From the human T2T-CHM13v2.0 reference genome, Homo sapiens: a stretch of DNA of 64,000 nucleotides. Every line of letters starts with the position of its first letter. The stretch's first letter is position 1. Positions 58,621 to 64,000 of this stretch are shown here, piece by piece. Position numbers and translations under genes: made by a program. The notes beneath the pieces were generated by a model, which was given only the letters and a program-made list of their open reading frames with translations, did not search any database and had not been told where the DNA came from. The stretch lies in assembly GCF_009914755.1 (NCBI RefSeq), contig NC_060938.1; one strand, written 5' to 3'.

Positions 58621-58973
58621 TGTACTAGTCTGTTTTTACACTGCTGTAAAGAACTACCCAAGACTGGGTAATTTATAAACAAAAGAGGTTTAATTGACTC
58701 ACAGTTCCACATGGCTGGGGAAGCCTCAGGAAACTTAGTCATGGCGGGAGGCAGCTCTTCACAGGGTGGGATGAGAGAAGAAACGAGCAAGAGAGGACCT
58801 ACCAAACACGTATAAAACCACAGATCTTGTAAAAACTCACCCACTGTCACAAAAACAGTATGAGGGGAACTGCCCTCACAATCCAATCACCTCCCACCAG
58901 GTCTCTCCCTCAATGCTTGGGAGTTACAATTCAAGATGACATTTGGGTGGGGACACAAATCCTAACCATATTA
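58621..58973 (-). mobile_element. THE1-type (THE1C/D-like) MaLR solo LTR
   Basis: tgtactagtctg...gactgggtaatttataaac...atttgggtggggacaca...accatatta; 5-bp TSD agcca / agaca. Confidence 0.88.
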
Positions 58974-61073
58974 AGACACATATTAAATACAAGAAACAGG
59001 ATTGCTGGAGATTTTGAGGGAATAAAGGATGAGGGAATGTTAAGTACATATTTTAAGAAATCAACTTCTCCTTTTCCTAGAGGATATATTCCTTGGAAGC
59101 CTTCTCTCTGCTGTCTTCCCTATTTCTTCCCATAGTCTATGGCCACTGCAATCTGTAAGGACTTCTCAAAGCAAGCTTTTGACCTCTTAGAAAACCTGCA
59201 GATTTTGGTTTTGGTGTCTTTTATTGCTCACGTGTATTTTACAAAGTGGACAGGAAGATTAAACCAGATATAAACTTACAGATGCTACAAGCTTTAGTGA
59301 CATGAATGGTCTTTTCCCAATTGCAAAATAATACAAATAAGGTTAAAATGCTTTTTATGTATTATATGTGAATAGTATATATTCTATAGGTAAGTTTTCA
59401 CAAATTTGAATGTATGGACACATATTTCATCTAATGAAATTTTAGAGTTGTCACCAAAACATTATCTGACAGATCCTTTATGATTGATTTTTATCTATAG
59501 CCTATATATTTTCCCCAATAATTCTATAGTATCTCAGTAGTGATTAACTTATGCCTTTAATTGCTGAATCCTGGTCATTAAAAAAGTGCTGATTACTTTA
59601 AAATTCACTAAAGTTCTTTGATATTAATCCTCTTCCTGAATAACTTTTATTGATTTATTAGCATTACTCCTATCCAATTATCTTTCATTAGATTTTAAAA
59701 AATAATAATTTTCTTGTAATAAAAACTGAATTCAAATAAAATGTGCAAATTAGCTTCCTTACCAATCTTTAAAATAACAGTCAAATTCCATTGACTCTGG
59801 TTTTTCTATAGTGTAGAAATAAATAGACTATAAATAATCAGGCTTGCTGAGTATAAATCTAAACTTGTCAGACTTAGCTAGTTAGAAACTGTTTTTTTGT
59901 ACTTCTGTTAGTCATGAAAGATATGCAGAATTGCTTCTATGTCACTTTTAAGTAGCTGAACATTTCTATGTATGCGTATTCCCTGGGGATATTGAAAATA
60001 GAAATTTCAAAAAAATTAAGTACCAGATTGTCTAGGAGCATAAACACAAGGGGTAAAATTTTACCTTTAGCTATGTTAATGCAAATGTGGTCACAGTCAT
60101 GAATATATTATTTTTATTCTTCTGAATCTGAGATTGCCTATATCAGAAATGGAATTTTAGCTCATTTATCCTGTGGATATAACACATTACATATGTACTA
60201 GTGAGAACATCTTTTTTTATTCACTTTTTTTTTTTTCGGGTATTACAAAATGTAACTGGTAGCTCATTCTCTTATAAAGTCTGAGAACTCCCTCCTACTA
60301 TAAAATGGTTATATCAACAAAAGACTATCACTGCAGTGTAAACCATAGCAGTGCTTGAAGTTACTGGCCCTGGCAGGCTCCTTCTCCAGGGTTATGAGAT
60401 CAAACAAATTGAATCGATCAGCGAGCTCTGTGAACCACTGGCCACTTCCATGAGACAAACCTATTCCCCAGGAAATTGTTAAGTTGTTTTTCAGTCTTGA
60501 TCAAATTGAAGAGTTATGTTAGTATTGTATAGAAAACGTTCAAACTTACCAGACCTTAATCAGGACCCTTTTCAAGTGGCCATATTTTCCGTAGATGTGT
60601 ATGTATGAATGTATATGTGTGTAAACGTCAGGTGGGAGTTTGCAGTACTTAAATATCATGTACTATATAGCATTATTATATTTCCTTACTCGTATCCACT
60701 CAAAAGGTAGAAACAATAGACAACTAACCATGATATCAGGCAAGAAAATGTAATGTCTTTAGGTTTCCCTTTAAAATGGAGGCACACCAAGAGAATATGA
60801 AACTGTCTTTATTAATGCTTTAGCTCATATTCACATTGCTGATGTGCATATCAAAAGTATTATTTTTCCTGTCATTTATTTTACTTGTTTGCATTGACTC
60901 CGTAACATAACTGCAGATGGGCCTGCTGGAATGGTGAGATGGACCATATATAAATGAAAATGATACTTAAGTGTTTTAAAATTTGTCTCTTAAAGTTAAA
61001 ACTTGTATCTTTTAATCTAAAAGCGATTATAGGAATCATGATTATCAAAGCTCTGGGTTCAAATACATAAAGA

Positions 61074-61230
61074 TAGCAAACATTTACTGAGTAGTTACAT
61101 GGGCCAGGCACAATCCACGTGCCTTCCTTGAACTATCTCATTTAGTCTTCTCAACAGTCCTGTGAGGTATTCACTGCTACTATCTGCCATTTGCACATGA
61201 GAAAAGTAAGTCTTGGAGAAGTTAAGTCAT
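61074..61230 (-). mobile_element. MIR
   Basis: aacatttactgag...gccaggcac...tctcatttagtcttctcaacagtcctgtgaggta...ccatttgcacatgagaaaag...agaagttaagt. Confidence 0.75.
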
Positions 61231-62197
61231 TACTTTTAACTTTGTAACTTGTATTTCTAAACAGATGCTAAAACAATGGAACACTTTCATCAATGTGAGA
61301 GTGTCTTGAATTGCAAGAACAGGTGTATGTAATTACCAGTTTTAAATTCAAATTAAGGCTTTATTCTCCCTTTAACACTCACCACACATAAAATTAAACA
61401 TGGGACATCACAATGTTGTTACTGGTGCATCTCTGGCTGTAACACTCATGAGATGAATATATTGCCATGACCAAAAGGAAAAAAGGTAATGCTGTGGACA
61501 GATACAGAAAGAGGACTAACCGCATTTTGAAGGTTTATCACATGACTGTACTTGCAACGTTGGATAACTGAGTGTTTAAGAATTTGAGCTAATAGGTCAC
61601 TCGATTTATTTACATAACATACTTTTATTCTTTTCAGATATAAATTAGTCCAATCATATTAAATATCATGTGCTGTGTGTAGAGTTGGGTAATGATCTCC
61701 ATCAAATAATGACTGCAGAGGGTACACTTCACCCCAAGTGCCTTCTGTTCCAGCTGTTTCTACTCATCTTAATTTTCTTAATTGGGTTACAATTAGACTC
61801 TGAATGAGACGTTTACAGGGGAATTGGAGCTTTTCAACAAAAGAGTTTACTTCTTTTATTGTTTTGTGGTTCTTAAATTTCAGAGGCCTGTTTCTTGCTA
61901 CCTGTTAATTAAAAAAAAATACAAAGTGTTTAAGACAAGCTTACGGCATACAAAGAATAACCTATTTACATCTCCACAGATCTAGCACTTTGGCTGCAAG
62001 AAAAGCACCATGTGGGAAAAATTCTTCAATTTTTTTTAAGGCTTGATAAAATGTTTATTCAAAATCCATTGTAATATCTCACATTTGTTTCTGGCCTTTT
62101 CTCCAGTTCTGACTTCACTGAGAAATTTGAAAGCTGTCAACTCTCCGAGGCTAGAATTAGAATGAGTAAAAGTGAAGTATCTGTCCTGGAACTAAGT

Positions 62198-62362
62198 CTT
62201 TGCTATTCAAAGCATAACCCTTGGATCAGCAACATCTCATCACCTGGGAGCTTGTTAGAAATGCAGACTCTCAGGCTCTGTTTCAACCTTATTCAATCAG
62301 AATCTGTACTTTAATAACATCCCCCAGGTAATTTTTATACATATTAAAGTTTGAGATGTCCA
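62198..62362. mobile_element. MER5A hAT-Charlie MITE
   Basis: catcacctgggagcttgttagaaatgcagactctcaggc...aatcagaatctg...cccaggtaatt...ttaaagtttgaga. Confidence 0.85.
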
Positions 62363-62861
62363 GAAAAATCTAATCGTAGCAACAAAACAAAGGCAATTCC
62401 AAATTCAAAAAAATCATTTTTAAATTCTGCGTCTCATCATGCATTCTGATTATGTATTAGTAAAAATATGAAATCCCACCTGGGCTTAATGCTAACTAAA
62501 ATTTTAAATATTATCACTACTTTACATTTTTTAAAAAGAATAAAACATTTTAAAAAGCATTATGTAAGAAACGCATGGAGTCAGATTTGAGTTGGGAACT
62601 GTTATTATGCTGGTTCTTTAGGCTGTTGTTTTCTAAGGGAACTAAATAACTCAATTTTCTTATCCTCTTTGGGTGAGTGGTGCTGTAAGTTTGAAGACTA
62701 ATGTAAGGCTCTAGAGTCAGAAAGTATTTTATTCCATACCTAATTTTTCCACTATGTTTTGTTATTCATTTTAATAATTATACCCCTCTTATGTACTATG
62801 TAAGTTTATTTTACCCAATAAGGTATACTTTACTATTAAAAAAATTTTAATCAATAACATA

Positions 62862-63247
62862 TGATATGGTTCAGGTCTGTGTACATGACCAAATCAAATC
62901 AAATGGTAATTCTCAATGTTGGAGGGCAAGCCTGGTGGAAGATGATTGGATTATGGGGGCAGCCTTCTCCCTTGCAGTTCTCATGACAGTGAGTGAGTTC
63001 TTACAAGATCTGGTTGTTTGAAAGCGTGTAGCACTTCCCCCTTCATGCTCTCTCTCTCTCCTGCCAGCCATGTGAATATGTACTTGCTTGCCCTTCACCT
63101 TCCACCATGATTAAGTTTCCTGAGGTCTTCCCAGAAGCAGAAACCTGTATAGCTTTCAGAACTGTGAGCTGATTAAACCTCTTTTTTCTTTATAAATTAC
63201 CCAGTCTCAGGTATGTCTTTATAATAGTGTGAGAATGAACTGATACA
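62862..63247 (+). mobile_element. MSTA-like MaLR 5' LTR
   Basis: tgatatggtt...gtgagtgagttct...gtttcctgagg...attaaacctctttt...ataaattacccagtctcaggta...gaactgataca. Confidence 0.88.
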
Positions 63248-64000
63248 TAAAATTGGTACCAAAAAATGGGACATTGCTATAAAGATACCTGAAATGTGGA
63301 AGTAGCTTCGGAAATGTGGAACGGGTAGAAGTTGAAACAGCTTGGAGGGATCAAAAGAAGACAGGTTAGGGTATCTGGTGGAAGAAATTTCTAAGCAGCA
63401 AAGGATTCAAGATATGATCTGGCTGTTTCTAAAAGCATATGTTTATATTTGTAAGCAAAGAGATGAACTAAAACTGGAAATTATATTTAAAAGGGAAGCA
63501 GAGCATAACAGTTTGGAAAATTTGCAGCCTAGCCATGTGGTAGAAAAGAAAAACCAATTTTCTGGGTAGGAATTCAAGCCAGCTGCAGAAATTTGAATAA
63601 GAGGAGCCAAATTTTAATAGCCAAAACAATGGGGAAAATGCCTGGAAGGCATTTCAGAGACCTTCACAGCAGTCACTCCCATCATAGGCTCAGAGGACCA
63701 GGAGGGAAGAAGAATGGTTTCATGGGCCAGGCCCAGGGTCCTACTGCCTTGTGCAATCTCAGGTCACTGCTCCCTGTGTCCCAGCTGCTCCAGCTCTAGC
63801 TCCAGCTGTGGCTAAAAGGGCCCTGAATACATCTCAGGCCACTGCTTCAGAGGGTACAAGTCACAAACTTTGGAAGCTTTTACGTGATGTTAAGCCTGCA
63901 GGTACACAGAGGGCAAGAGGTGAGGCTTAGGAACCTCTGCCTATATTTCAGAGGATGTATGGAAACACCTGGCTGTCCAGGCAGACGTCTGCTGGGGGCA
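63248..64000 (+). mobile_element. MST/THE1-type MaLR internal region, running off the window end; apparent internal deletion near 63366
   Basis: Directly follows the LTR: aaattggtacc...ttgctataaagatacctga...tagggtatctggtggaagaaatttctaagcagc...ggaacctctgcctatatttcagaggatgtatggaaac. Confidence 0.88.

Noticed and set aside
60540-60600. Strong minus-strand splice donor CTG/GTAAGT (similar ones near 14045, 15730 and 44965) as exons of a host gene
   Set aside because: Such motifs occur by chance at this frequency; no matching acceptor plus recognisable coding frame was found.

Overview
AT-rich, repeat-dense human genomic DNA, either intergenic or deep intronic. Species is inferred from two consensus-like human-specific Alus (AluYa5, AluYb8). 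I find no credible cellular protein-coding exon: the ORF-track entries are L1 ORF1/ORF2/ORF0 remnants, Alu/LTR read-through or short random ORFs. Main contents: (1) 1330-8126, a single TSD-bounded retrocopy in which a full-length U6 snRNA copy is fused to ~5 kb of an old L1PA (L1PA13-like), later hit by a MER50-like solo LTR and a 5'-inverted (twin-primed) L1PA3-like element; (2) two very young Alus 2.4 kb apart in opposite orientation; (3) a full-length but ORF1/ORF2-dead L1PA4-like element (33050-39189) that keeps an open antisense ORF0 and the ~129-bp ZNF93-target segment; (4) a non-repeat ~105-bp local duplication with a 179-bp internal skip (52454-52558 vs 55585-55868); (5) older Alus, MaLR/ERV1 LTRs, DNA-transposon MITEs, and L2/MIR/L1M fossils. 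I cannot support a wholly new biological system. The best signals are unusual examples of known retrotransposition and repair mechanisms. Subfamily names are from recalled consensus sequences and need RepeatMasker/Dfam confirmation.
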